A DNA stretch of 64,000 nucleotides from Laetmonice hystrix (Eukaryota), in NCBI GenBank assembly GCA_965235115.1, contig OZ249436.1:12276001-12340000 (forward strand). Reading direction: 5' to 3'. The position numbers and the translations under genes are program-made. Below, in pieces: positions 40,081-52,847 of the stretch (positions are counted from its first letter, which is position 1; every line of letters begins with the position of its first letter). The notes beneath the pieces were generated by a model, which saw only the letters and a program-made list of their open reading frames with translations, was not told the origin of the DNA and did no database searches.

Positions 40081-42399
40081 GTATATAAAAATCAAACAGT
40101 TTCAAAGATATTTCTTAGTTTTAAACGCTATCGCTGAGTGACATGTTCGAACATTTCCCAATTATAATTATTGCGAGTTCCTGTCCCTGTGATAGACGAT
40201 ACTAGGTGAACTCCCGGTACCAGAACTCCATCCTGACTGGACTGGGTATCGATACTCTAATTACCTTGTCATACTCTGTCAGGTCCTTTAGTCACTGTGA
40301 CAGAACTGTTTCTCTGAACAAATTAATCCATCCTGGCAGACTGTAACATTAATTATTCCATTCTCGTATATACCATTCTCGACTAATTACAATAAGACAG
40401 CACGTTATTTGTCTGTCTGGGAATATGCCATGGGAGAGTTTACACAATCAGGCTTTAGTATTCTAAGGCATCAGCTACTCTTGACTTCAGAGATGAAAAC
40501 CTTTTTCCCTAACCTGCGGAGAGGACATAGCACCCAGCCAATCTTGCATACTCCATCAGGGTTACACTTGATAAGGATTCTTTAAATAAATATTATAAAA
40601 AATATGGGGTTCTTAAAGTGTATAGCGACAGGAAAATGGCAAGGAAGCTGCATGACTGCTGTTTAAAATGAGATGAATGCAGAAGCATTAATCAGCACTG
40701 AAAAATTGGACGGCCATTTTTAAAGTACCGTAATCAGAAGGAGTTCCGGTCGTCTCTCCGGATACATTTATTCAAATACTTCGGGTAGCATTGCAAGTGG
40801 AGGACGGTTAATATCTGTTTCCTTATGAAATCTACCCGTAATCCTTTGGCCGAGTCTGACCAAAGTGGGATAAGCTGATCCCTTGATCGATGGGAGGTAA
40901 TATCAGAGGGGCAGTAACAGACTGAGAAGGCCAGTTCCGATATGGACGAAAGGCCAGCTCCACCATGGACATCCTGACCACCAACAAGGATAGCTATGGC
41001 TTTACATGTCTGAGAGCCTTTATGATTGCTTGTGTCTGCCTGTACGTGTTAGGACCGAGGCTCACAACCAGAAAGTTATTTTTCTGCCATTTTTACAACT
41101 GTGCAGAACCTGATACCTACGACTTCCTGGAAAATCAATACTTTCTTTGAAATGTACAGACTCTATAGGCTTCTCTCAAGGTGGTTACCGCAACAAGAAT
41201 GAGGATCCTGGACCTATATTGATCACTGCATTAAAGTAAAATTTGTAAACCATCCAAACAACAGTCTCTGATCATCTCGATTTAGACTACCAAAACACGG
41301 TCGAAAAGGATTTTTTTTAAACTAGATTGAAGTTTTGCATTCTCCAAGGCAATATCTTTCTGTTTATTCCTTTTAGCTGATAAAGATCGACGGACTTCTA
41401 ACCTCGTTAGTCCCCCTCTGAGGCCACTGGTCTTGTAACAGCATAAGACCACCTCTCGCGTGCCACGCCGACCTTGGTTGGTGCCTCTAACTTCATTTTC
41501 CTGAGAGCATCCAAAGATTATTCTGGCTTTTTTTACATAACATTTTTGACAAGCCTGGCAATATTAGTAAACATCCTGCCATCGTCTTGACGTTGGGGCA
41601 CAACCATATGAGATTACCTATGCTGCATTAACTGGATCTCCTTTGACGCCTGCACTTCAGTAACCTTGTCAAAAAAGTCATTGGTAATGAGATTGTTCAA
41701 CGCTGGATATAGCCCGTCGGAGGCGTGGACGACGAGATGCTTACGCTATACCTAAGGTAATGCCCTCCTTGAGTGGCGGTATTGGGCCGCCAGGGCAGGA
41801 GCAGGGGGGGAGGGGTCGATAAGGAGGTGTTGGCCGCGGTAAGTAATCAATGCATTCACCTGTTGTCTGCCGGTCAACGACCAGCGGGCCGAGGCAATCC
41901 AATAAACCTGGAGCCACACAGTGGTAGGGTCAGGCTGACGGCATGTCCCGCCGCTAATGTAGCCCTGTCAGGCCACTCTCGCTTATGCTACACATGGATT
42001 ATAGCCATCAACTGAAGATGTCATGCCATGTCCCTGTGGCGGCCAGCCTGGGGTAGGGGCGGTCATCTAGGTGCTGACCAACACTTTCTGCTGCAAGAAT
42101 AAACCGACCTGACCTTTTACCGGCCTGCTGAGGACACCCGGTACAGACAACATTTGACCAAAGGTTTACCAAATTCACTCAGACTGACTACACTTTAGAA
42201 ACGTTTAGAGATTTCCACTACGACCGCTAGTCCACCTGAAGCAACATCTTTTGTTGCTCACTCAGCCTTTCTTTGCCTCAGTAACGAAACTATGCCATGC
42301 ACGACAATTTCACCAATTGCCTGGGGCTCATTTTCTCCAGTACTCGGCCGCAAATGAGCACTAAAACGGAGGCTAACGGTTGTCGCCCTTTTACCACTT

Positions 42400-43060
42400 A
42401 TTTCCCAAGCATACCCTCATCGCGCGGATATACGTTCATCACATTGACAATGAGCTGCAGAATACCATTGACTGCTGCAGAATACCATTCACTGCACCAA
42501 GTTGTGGCCTTTCACATATCTGAATCATTAGTGCTCCCTCCTTCATCAGGCTCTATAATCTCTGCAGGCAACCAATGGTTGTCCTCATATTCAACAGAGA
42601 TAGCAACTGTGGCCTTGTGAATGATTGGATAGCTTCATTTTAGCATTGCTGAATAGCAGTTCTATTTTCGTTTCCAATCAAATAATGAATCTGGACCCAC
42701 TCCAAAAATGTGATGATATGGAGGTAAGGGCTTCAAGGCTACTAAGAAATAAGTATTGGATCTCATGATGCCACTCATCTCTTTCAATACCCTCTATCAC
42801 ACTCCATGAAACCTGACAATCTAATGAGATTGTGCATTAAATTTTCTAATTGGCCGTTTGGCCATCAGACATGGGCTGGGGAATTCTCTCCAGCATTACC
42901 GAACTCAACAGTCCCACGAAATTGCCCTTCATGATCAATGAACGCACTTTCCCCATTGACCTACTGGCCATCACCAGCAACTTGGCCGGTTTTATTAGCC
43001 GGACCCATCATTGGGAAGTCGGAATGAACACCAGCAAGGTCATCAGACGGTGTGTGGAAC
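42400..43060 (-). mobile_element. Possible decayed Sola2-like transposase fragment
   Basis: Frameshifted NDGSG**NR (cf. SDGxxxQYKNR), DHEGQF, SPC-DG (cf. HGKxPCDG) and VAISVEYEDNHW in order. Weak. Confidence 0.25.
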
Positions 43061-44420
43061 TGCCGTGAGGCTGACGTTTTCTCCGCCTTGGTTACGACGT
43101 CTCGACCTACATGTCGTGTCGGGGGCGTGCATGCTGGGTCCGCCTCCGGTGATGTGTTATCAAGGTGGCTGCATGACTATCGACAGCTAGATGGCCGTCG
43201 TTGTGCTGCCCTTTCACTGCCCTCAAGGTCCTTTAGGGCGCCTGGGGAACAGCTGCTGTCGTATAAGATGCCCGGGAACTGCTATGGGCCTCAGGGAATC
43301 ATTCAAATGAATTGCAGTTGGTATCAGCAATGTCACGACAGGACGGTAAAATATGTGGCTCTTTGAAGACGCTCATGTTGACAAGTATACATTAGTGTAC
43401 TCTCCTTCTTCCTTCAAGTTCACCTTACACTAGTATGCCCAGTCGTTTCCTTTACTTCTTTTTTGTGGAGCCCAACATCAACATAACAATCACATCCCCT
43501 ACAACAGCACAAAACTCCACCTGAGGGTCATTTATCTAGTAAATAGTTGTATTTTTGCTGTCCGTACTACGTGAGGAGATGGAACACTCTGGTCGTACGC
43601 TTACAATCCTTGTGGTTGTCGATTCATCTCCTGTACGATCGGAGATCCTGAGGGCTGACTAAATGAGAGGCGGCCGTCCTTATTAAAGATTCCCATCCAC
43701 GTCAGCCAGACGTGCTGATAACCAACAGTCTGTTTGAGCGTACCAGTAACCAGAAGAATTTCTGTAACTTCTAAAATAACCTGACTGTAAATGGCAACAT
43801 CTTTTGGTGTTCCCATGAGAGCATCGTGTGCAGTAAACGTCTTACTTTTAACTCTACCGTAGTACAGTAGAGCCTACAAAGGCTACATTAGGTGAAATGG
43901 CAAAGCTGCTATCTATTCCTCCCCTTTCCATTAAAGTGGCTTAGAAAATTAAGATCTTGCCTCCGAACTACATGTAATGAGACTCAAGACGCTTTCTTCT
44001 AAAGAAACTTCAGACGGTCTGCAGGAAGTACTGAGCCTCTCAGCGTTCAGCAGCCCTGGCCCATTCTCCGAATCTACTCAATGGTGGTTCTAGGACTGCC
44101 CGTAGTCTAAATAGATTTACTTAGTCTTGGGGCAACCTTTAAATCTGGGCATCTCTGCCAAATTGTTCACACGAGTATCTAGTTAACCTAGTTTGCCCTA
44201 CTAAATATTTCACAGCAGAGTTACTATATCGAAAGCAAAATAAGACGTTACATTAGCATGTTAATATTAGGGAAAGACATTTAGCCTTGCATTCATTGTT
44301 ACAAACGTTAGCCAAAATATCTCTTTCTAGGTACTAGTAGCCTACGCTGTCTCTCACATGGGTACATCCCCCGTGGTAGCTTAAAACCCACGAAATTTGG
44401 TCGAAAGTAAAGATCCATAG

Positions 44421-44512
44421 CCCTGACCTTATCCCTAACCCCGGTCCCTACACCTCCTAAAAACATATCCATATCCTATCCCTGTCCCTGACCTTAACCC
44501 AAACCCCTACCC
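44421..44512 (+). repeat. Degenerate interstitial (CCCTAA)n-like repeat, probably inside a MITE
   Basis: ccctgaccttatccctaacccc...ccctgaccttaacccaaacccctaccc shows 6-bp periodicity. It is flanked by a degenerate inverted pair: gggtacatcccccgtggtagc (about 44360) and gttacctgggggaataaccc (about 44530). Confidence 0.6.
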
Positions 44513-44599
44513 AAAAATGTTGTGGGGAAGTTACCTGGGGGAATAACCCTCACATGCCACTGGTAACATTTCTCTTTGTAGTATTGGACTCCTAAAAGG

Positions 44600-44890
44600 C
44601 CCAATCACGTGTTATCACCAGCTTTGCAGAAGACAAATTATGCCCCAAGAGGCACACAATCATGTCCACTACGTAGGACATCTGCCTGTTAGACAGGCCC
44701 CACTGGCAACATGTAATAACATTATGGTACCAGGGTGCTCTGCACTGGAAATCAGACAGCCGGGGGAACCTTGAACCCGTGTCCCAATCATGGCCTGCTC
44801 GGTGTAGAAAGTGAATTTGTGTAATGTAATACCTGGCAATTCCAATACGCAATCCTCAGCATCTATTTCAATTTCAGTCACGCGCAAATA
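44600..44890 (-). mobile_element. Decayed CR1 endonuclease N-terminal fragment
   Basis: RVTEIEIDAEDCVLELPGITL (cf. ITE....D.EL.IPGY.L) and TGRCP (cf. IYRSP). Confidence 0.35.
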
Positions 44891-44959
44891 CTAGTTTCTG
44901 GTTTGTGAAAATAAAGGCACCTAGGTTACCTCTTACCATCTACATGTACATGTAATTAA

Positions 44960-45900
44960 CATGTATACATTGTGACGAGTTCAATTGATGGCCAAACATG
45001 CAAATCACCTGGGAACAAAGCAACATTTGCCGGACTGGCGTCTTTGATAGCTACTATGTACAGAGAATCTGGTTCAGATACTTATGATGCATCGTGAACT
45101 GATGATGGAATTGGTGTATTCTTCAGAACTTCTTGTTCAGGGGTTAGTTTCCAAGTCTGAAGTGGATAATTACAGCTTAATTATAGTGCTGTCACTTTCC
45201 AACAATAATCATTCTTATGATGAGGATCTGGCTGTTTCAAGCCAGAACCAGAGTCCAAGATCATCCAGACTTTATTTTTTGGTGTAGAATTGCACAGTTC
45301 TGGACCCAGCCCGGTTGTGTACGGACAGCAGTCTCCACACAAACACATGCAATAATTAATCCAGAACCGGAGATGGGAGAAACTTTCCCCGGCAATCAGC
45401 GTGACTGACAAGGTAAATGTTGTTCCCAGGTGACCACATTAGCCGGGAAAGTGATGATTTACCCTTGATCTCCTCAATAATGATGGCTCATTAGTCGGCT
45501 TGTCCTTGCCCAGCACACAGTCAATCCAGGTAATCAGATGATCACAGACACTGATTAGGTATTGTTTGTGAGGGATGTGCGTCTTCTGAGTGTCCCCACA
45601 CGACATGGTATTGTTTCTCACAGCGGGTACGAAATGTATCTCTTCCCTAACAAAGGTCGAGGGTCACCCTCAGATAAAACTACATGGGTATGTCATTCAA
45701 AATTCGACATCACGGATTTCGTGAAATTCTGGCCTGGAACCGTTCAAATAGCCTCTGTAGCACTGCAAAGTCGTATACGTTGTAGTTTATTGAAAACTGA
45801 ACTTACCAAAAGGAAAATCAAAGTGTTGCCCATCACTGTCTCACGGCAACCTTCTTATAGACGCCTCCTTTCAACGTCACCAGAGATGGTGGACGATCTC
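44960..45900 (-). mobile_element. Decayed RTE RT, C-terminal half
   Basis: ggcgtc..aaggttgc..gcaacactt (cf. GVKQGCVLAPTLF), HLGTT (cf. YLGST), TPKNKV (cf. TKxxVY) and QTWKLTPEQEVLKNTPIPS (cf. WQDKITNxEVLxRAxIPS). About 230 codons in one frame with few stops. Confidence 0.5.
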
Positions 45901-46099
45901 TGATGTCACAACAATAACGTGGGCAAATGTATGCAAATTTATTTTTGACTTCTTTCAGGCACTATGATTTCCTGTGACGCCAGGCAATTTATTCATATTG
46001 GCTACTTCTGCATCTGGTCAACATGAAATTACTAACAATACTCCACTGGAGATCTCTTCCGACAGATTGAGATCACAACTCAAAACTACATGCTGAGCT

Positions 46100-47285
46100 C
46101 ACCGCTTAATCTGCATTTATTACTCCGGCAATTTCCATAAAGTCTTTTTTTTCTTTGTAGCGCTTTCGAGCTTTCAGTCCTAGCTGCAATAAAACATTGT
46201 AGTCTTGACGCCTTGCCTGAATGATGAGTGTGAAACCAGATATGGATATCACTCCAGCGTAATCTATGGAACGGAAAAGCCTCCAGCTTCGGTAAAAGTT
46301 TGATGTTTTGTTAAACAGGGCCAAAACACTTCAGCACCCACCCACTTCCAGAGTTACAGGTGTGGTCACGGAAGCAAAACGAAGCATGCGGCACTCAGCG
46401 CAGGATGTTGTGAAATACTGGCTCCATTATATTGCAGGCAACCTGATCGCCACCTGCCTGTTCACAGACATACATTTATCGTTTTTACTGACACTGCAGG
46501 AAATAAAACCCGGAAAGTGCCCCTTACACCTGTCAGGTATCTCGTACGTAACTGGCTGAAAAAGTGATTCAATATAACCTTTAACATTAGGCGACATTAT
46601 CAGTCGCAAAAACCTTGGATTTACTGTCGTCTAAAGGCAGAGTGGCCTGAATGAATACTGGGGTATCTGATTGCACTTGGTAATGTTTGGAACTATTGAA
46701 AACTAACGAGAATGAGAACAGGGAGGAACAACTCGCGAGTCTGATATTACACAGATAAACGTCCAAAGGAATACATGTGCGTCACTTATGATACATTACA
46801 TTCTGCCATGAAATTTCATGTTTTAACAACTGAACCTCCTCCTTTCCAAACCAGAGAAATACCCAATGATTACCAGGGATGGTTTGATGATTTGTCAATA
46901 ACAAAATACAGCTTGTTGCCTGGTACCTAATGTTACAATAGTCAGGATAGACCCCGACATTCATCTGTCTTGATTTAATGAAAATAACTAGATTTCCTGG
47001 CATGGGGAGGGGGCTCTATTTTACAAAAAGAATGAAATTCCAGAAGGTTTGCTGTGGGCTCTCAAGACAATATACGACCCTAGTGCTCACCCATAGTGGA
47101 GCAGTTAAACGCTCATCTTGTAGCTGCACAGCCTGTGTTCGTATTCTGAAAACTACCTTTATATGAAAGTACAAACCTAACATTGTATGTGTATCATATC
47201 CTTTCGAAAAACACAATTTGCTCTTGGCTTGACCCCAACCGCACCGTTCTGACCTCTGAACTGATTTGGTCTTCATAAAGGCCAC
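46100..47285 (-). mobile_element. Decayed CR1 ORF2 (endonuclease end, spacer, RT start)
   Basis: TMLGLYF and APLWVSTRVV (cf. TLDLxF, PLGxSDHxVV), LWFGKE (cf. PWFxxE), then IESLF..IPDRCK..KNDK..NRQVAIRLP (cf. LFN..IPxxWK..KGDK..NYRPISILP). Confidence 0.5.
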
Positions 47286-47289
47286 ACTA

Positions 47290-47950
47290 TGCGGCCGACA
47301 TGGAAGCCTTCATCTACTATGACGACCACTGGACGACCATTTTGGCGGGGATCCATATCTTGTCATGCATTGGAGATATCACCTGAATATCACCATGCCG
47401 TGCCACGCTGTGGACCACAGCTAGGAATCGGCAGGTCAGTGTCATGCCCACAGACAATCAGGGAACACAGGCTCTTCATCGAGCCGCAGGGGCCTGGGCC
47501 ATCAGTCAGTAGTCAGAGCCGAGACCATCTGAGCCTTCCTGACCCCCAAACACCTGCCTCTGCTAAATGCATTCTGTTCAGCACTATGGCACGGATACAT
47601 CTCGGCAGGGCCTTCGAACTTTGGCACAAGCTTTCAATGAATGATGAATAAGGACTGTGTTGGGACCACACCGCTTGAAGCTTAGACTTTACCCTGTTTT
47701 CTCGTGTCAAAACTAGTGCCAACCTCGGTACATTCTGTGGCATACACTGGCATACTGTTTCAATCTAATGACCTCTTTAGTGGAGTTCTGCCACCCCCTT
47801 CACATCCCGAGGCTTCAGTGAGTCTCGCCATTTCCAATAAACAGCTCAGCCATGATTTCACTGCCCCCCACAAAACTCACAAACGCTATACTCCCTTGCA
47901 AGCTAAATACGAATTTACGTTAAAACTCCCCAGACAGACAAATAGGATCC
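47290..47950 (+). mobile_element. Decayed Tx1/L1-like RT fragment
   Basis: YAADM (cf. YADD), LGR..LWHKL (cf. GR...LWHxL) and VLPPPSHPEA (cf. LYLPxxEGG). Confidence 0.4.
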
Positions 47951-48469
47951 GTACTGGTGACTTGAATCATTAGCCAGTCTCTCCCTTGAAGCATTTTCTG
48001 GCGGTTACTCTAGCTGCAACAAGTTACCTCATGAAGTTGGACGTGATTTTTGACCTGTGTATTTGGTCATCAGTCAGAGTTACTGTTAGAATGGCTATTG
48101 ATAGAATAAAAAGAATTCCCGTTTGAATGTACAGTACGATTGCATTACGTTTATGATGTAAACGACAAGCTTAGAACTTAGAACTGCCAAATCATGTCTG
48201 TTATTCTATCTCTATATGTATCCGTACTGAAACTAGACTAAAATAGGACTTTCTGAACCATGATATACAGATACGGTTTCATTGTTAACATATCAGTTTT
48301 CACTGCTGACATGGTAAAATAAGTGACCGCCATTTTCCATGAATATCCCAGGCTACTATCAAAATAACCGATTTGTCGGATGTGATCCTAATTTAAAAAA
48401 TACCTGCATAGATACTAATCGGATCCTATCCCCTGAATATGATCCTGACTTGGCGAATCGCGTACCTAT

Positions 48470-49100
48470 AAATCTATTTACCCGTAATAAGAACGATCCT
48501 TGAAGTTCTGAATTTTTTTGAGATTAACAAATGTTGCAAATTCCATTCAGAGGTCAACAAGGCACTTTCAGCTTTCAGGTAACACTTGTGAACATTGCAT
48601 CCTAAGGTCATTAAGGCAACCTCACTGCTGTAACCTTCAAATATGTTGCCTTAATTGGGCATTTTCTATCCTAAAAAGAACGATGGCATCGAAACTGAGG
48701 TGTGAGGGTTTTAAAGATACAGTAAATAATAATGGCATCCTGAGTGTTTGCTAGTCCTGTCAACAAATGCCGCAAATACTACTATACCACCTTGACAACT
48801 TGTCAAATGGCTTCCTTTCAAGCATACTAAGTCTGGTTTCCTGAAGGTAATAAGGTGAAAAATCTGATGCCTTACGCTCTTATTTGAGCTAATGCTGCAA
48901 TGTGAGAGATCTAGCACCTGCAATCCTGCACATATCAATACCTGGAAATCACACAGAGATTCTGGGACCTGGGCTGACTCAGTCTGTTCAGAGATGGGCA
49001 GAATTACAACCCTGATCACTCGAGACAGACAATGAGGAATACACTGGAATAAATCTATAAATATATTCTAAGGCCTTCAAGGATATCTGTCAACCTCTAC
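48470..49100 (-). mobile_element. Decayed CR1 RT core
   Basis: One frame with few stops: ISEQTESAQVPES (cf. IFQQSLxSGQVPxDW), SISSNKSVRHQIFHLI (cf. SICCKxLEHII), LKGS (cf. FRKG), GNIFEGYSS, LTSEWNLQ (cf. VTSGVPQ) and SFLLRVN (cf. LFLLYIN). Confidence 0.5.
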
Positions 49101-49927
49101 CATCCCTGTACAAGATATTCAATACAAATATATTACAGTACATCACAGTGCCAATTTTTTCATGCTTGCAATTACTGAGACTGTCATTAATAAATGTGAA
49201 ATTATATCAAATATAAATTAATCTAGAAATAAGCATCCTCTTCTAAAATAACATACACAAATCGCTTGAATGTAATACATAAACCTTCTAAAATATATCA
49301 CCCCAAAAACACATGCAAGATACTTTTACTTATCAGAGTACTCATAAAAATTATGAGTCTGAACTACATTAAAATCGTTTTCTTTGACTGAGCCAATCAC
49401 GTATGATGAGAATGAAATCTGACGATTGAATCATTGGACACATCTGTTCAGATTAATGTGACAAGAGCATTGTGTAACTCAGGTTTGGGAGAAGCTAATG
49501 AATCAGCAATGATGTCATTGACTACCTGGCATTATGTCAAAAGAATAGTACTTAATCAATTATGATAGTCATAACACACTGCACTGAATCATGCCTGACT
49601 TTTTGTTATTTTCTATCTGCGCCATTATGCACTTGTCTTAAACCATTACACAATCATCTCCTATGGGTTGAGTTGGTACAGTTTATTTCTACGACCTCAA
49701 AATAAGTCGCAAAATATCTTCACCTAATGTCGAGTAATGATGTCTGTGGCAATCAAATACCAGTTCTGTGAAGATCTATGCAATGGTAAATTGCCTTCAA
49801 GCTCTTTATGTAAGTCCATTATCTCCTGAACACCCCTCACTTCCGCACGCCATCGATTCCAGCCTAACCATGCACAGATAATCAAAGCCTACAAATAACT
49901 CACCTGATTTAGATGTATCACGATGTC

Positions 49928-50018
49928 TCAAAGCTCGCCATCATAATTTGGATTCTGCATGCCCTCAAAGGTGCCAAAGTCGTCCAACGTGATGTAGCCA
50001 CGCCCACTCTTCTTGTAC
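49928..50018 (-). CDS. Last coding exon of the same gene: cytoplasmic tail (R)YKKSGRGYITLDDFGTFEGMQNPNYDGEL*
   Basis: Acceptor cttctctgttgatgtcggcag| at 50019. The first base G completes the split codon AG|G (Arg) left by the phase-2 donor at 55285. The frame stays open to TGA at 49928-49930 and yields a basic juxtamembrane segment plus YxxL and NPxY motifs. A consensus donor CAG|gtgagtt follows at 49904/49903. Confidence 0.8.
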
Positions 50019-52626
50019 CTGCCGACATCAACAGAGAAGTGCAATTAGAGCCGGTCAGCTCCTAATGGACAAGGTCAAGCAGTCGGTGCCTGGGGCCTGT
50101 GGCAGTGAGGACGCCAAACTCTGTCTGGGTTCTCTCTTTCATAAGCCTCACTGTTATGTGAGATGTGTTTCCACTGCACACATGATTCCCAGGCCTACCC
50201 TTTGTCCCATCTCACAAATGATCCTTTAAGCTATCATAGCAAGTATGCGAAATATCTTAGCAACATCGGGATGTCATCTTACTGAACGTGACCTCGTTTT
50301 ACAATGTAATTGGGTACTCTGATTTAGTCTATGATCACGCATCAAACTTCTTGGTAGGTGTGCACAACATTTTTATGCCAAGGCATGTATGAAATGTTCA
50401 TGCTAACCTGATCTTCATAAAGCCGTCCTCTCCTTAACTTCATGGAAAACATTACGCATGCCTGAGAGGGTTAGCTAGGGCCAGTGACCCACATCTCCAT
50501 GGAGAGGTAGATAAGTCATATTTGCATCATTCATATTCGGATGTCATACAACAGCCAGTGCAGCCTTGGCGTAGTATTATCAAGAGACTGATAACTATTT
50601 ACATGGAAAGGCGAGGGACCAAAAGCGAAATTGGCCTACAAATATGTCTCTATAATGGACTCCTACTTCTTCACGATGGTAATGATCCTACACTTTGCCT
50701 AAATAAAGGCGGCACGAGAGAAACCATCTTAGGACTTGTACCTCATGGCCCTGTCGCCCGAAATGTTACTACACACATGATCAGCAACTTACTCCATCAC
50801 AACCAATCAACGTTTCTTTGTTTGATAGTTTGAGTGTTTCCCCACATTGTACGTTAATTCCGTGACATCAACCAGGCCTGAAGTAAACATTGAGAACACG
50901 CCAGTTTCTTCACTTTCAGTGGGGTAACGCTGCTAAAGTTGGCGGTGCTGGCTATAAATGTTTTCCTTTCTTCGAATCATCCATGTCCACAGTCATGGTC
51001 ACCAACAAATCCCCTTTTCCATATACTACTAAGAGACACACATGGCTTTAGCAAGCCTCTAAAGGTGTGAATCATGAGCAGTAACTTTAGATTCACTAAA
51101 GCCATATATGCAACAAAGGCCATCCTCGTGGAAAATGGCGGACCTGGATTAAATACGCATCTAAACATAACTGTCTCATTATGTTTCTGGAAGTGGCCAG
51201 TAAAGGCTCAGTCTCTCGAACCGCCTGGCCCCAACAGTATTTTAGAGATCACTGCCGACGTGCAGAAGCCGACGATCTGTCTCAGTAGTTCATCAGGTAA
51301 TAAATCAACTTCAGACTGCACATAGGCACCTACATTCCAACTGAATTACCTAACTTACATCCATAGGGACTATGAGGAATATGCCTATGCCTATGGTAAT
51401 CTATGGACCCCTGTAAGGTCCCAAGTCATTGAGTGCCCTGCCACTCACACTAACTGCTGATACGAGGTGAACGCTGTCTTCAGACGAAAAATTGGCTGCC
51501 GTTACATTAATTTACCGGGGATACGTAGAATTTAATCATGTGGTCATTTTTCTAATGTAGTTTTATCATACCATTTGATACTAATCTCCGGTGCACCCAC
51601 ATCTTGACCATCTAATAGTGAAGGAGCGAAGGGTGGGGGGGGGGGGGGGCGAAATTCGACTCAAAACACATAATTTCATTACCAATCCCTCCCCATCACC
51701 TGCTTTTTCAAAACAAAGAGGTACTTGGGACTGATCTCTGTTGAGGCCCTCAAAAGGCTGTGCTTCAGGCGATAAGTGTGTGGATATGGTAAAATTTTCA
51801 CTAAAGGATTCAGTCTTGTTATCTTACATTACCATGGCTACGACTCTATCCTTCAAACTGAAATCACCTGCATCCCATGAAAATTGTACTTGAATTGATT
51901 CTGACTAAAAAAGGACAAAAAAACGTCTCGTGCACTCACATTAAATGCATCAATGTAATTGCCAAAGCGAAGGGAAATGATTTGAATCAGAATCTGTCAG
52001 AATACGCAAATACAAGCACGAATCACATCGACAACTATCAATAATTTGTTTAATAACCCTAATGATTCCAATATTTTCTTCCACATGCCACGCTAATGGA
52101 AACCTTTCAAATATGATTTTAATCTAGTACTTACGGAATGAGAATCCGTTACTTTCCCTTCTTAAAAAAGAGACTTTGCATCAGACTTATACCGTCGGAA
52201 ACCTTTCATTTACTCCAGCTCTGACCAACGTCTCTTTCTGGATGATTTATTCAAGCGATAATTCTTTCCCGGAAGTCCTAAAAAAAATCATACTTGTCAT
52301 GTGTGACAATATGGGCTTCTATGACAATACAGTACTAACGAATACTCATGGATTGTATTCCCCACCTGCTCCAAACCCACGTATAATTTGTGTGTCGTTG
52401 ACAAGCTATATGTTCCTGCCGGATATTTCAAATGGTCAACCACTTTACAACACAAAAGGATCCTAATAGCTGTAATCATTATTACTTTTAATCAGACTCT
52501 CAGCATGACTATGGAGCATTTACATCTGGGGTAGACGAATCAATGAATATATTCTCTTATCATTCTACCGTTGTATGCATTACAATGTGCCGTCTGCTTC
52601 TATGCCCGCCATGGCCAAGGAACCTG

Positions 52627-52847
52627 GGGTGGGTTGCATTAACGGTCCTACGGGTTAGGACTGAATTTAGGACCAGTCCTACATTCAACAGGGGCCAATA
52701 TCCATAATTTAAATGTAATTCGTCAACTTTTATATCTCAAGGGCTATTCAAACTCAGATAGATATAAAGTGCTTAGGGTGCATGACACTCAATAGGACTG
52801 GTCCTAAATTCAGTCCTAACCCGTAGGACCGTTAGTGCAACCCGCCC
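52627..52847. mobile_element. 221-bp PIF/Harbinger-type MITE (55-bp TIR, TSD CTG)
   Basis: TIR gggtgggttgcattaacggtcctacgggttaggactgaatttaggaccagtccta with 2 mismatches at the other end. ctg at 52624-52626 and 52848-52850. Located in the intron of the mucin-like gene. Confidence 0.92.

Noticed and set aside
44960-45650. Second LRR-like pseudo-exon (long frame with few stops)
   Set aside because: Better explained as RTE RT C-terminus (YLGST, TKxxV, WxDxITNxEVL), with a GVKQGC-like motif directly upstream.
46782-47003. Polinton/adenain-like or ULP1 cysteine protease (GVYP...TNHQTIPGNHWVFLWF)
   Set aside because: It lies on the same strand between a CR1 endonuclease end (47016-47285) and a CR1 RT start (46100-46640), where the spacer PWF motif is expected. 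No catalytic Cys motif or other Polinton gene is nearby.
48484-49065. NLR-type leucine-rich-repeat exon (LQVLDLSHCSI; NLQHLLISKNSELQG)
   Set aside because: The same frame fits the ordered CR1 RT motifs over its whole length (SGQVP, SLTSxxCK, FRKG, VTSGVPQG, LFLLYIND), it contains stops, and the LRR periodicity is irregular.
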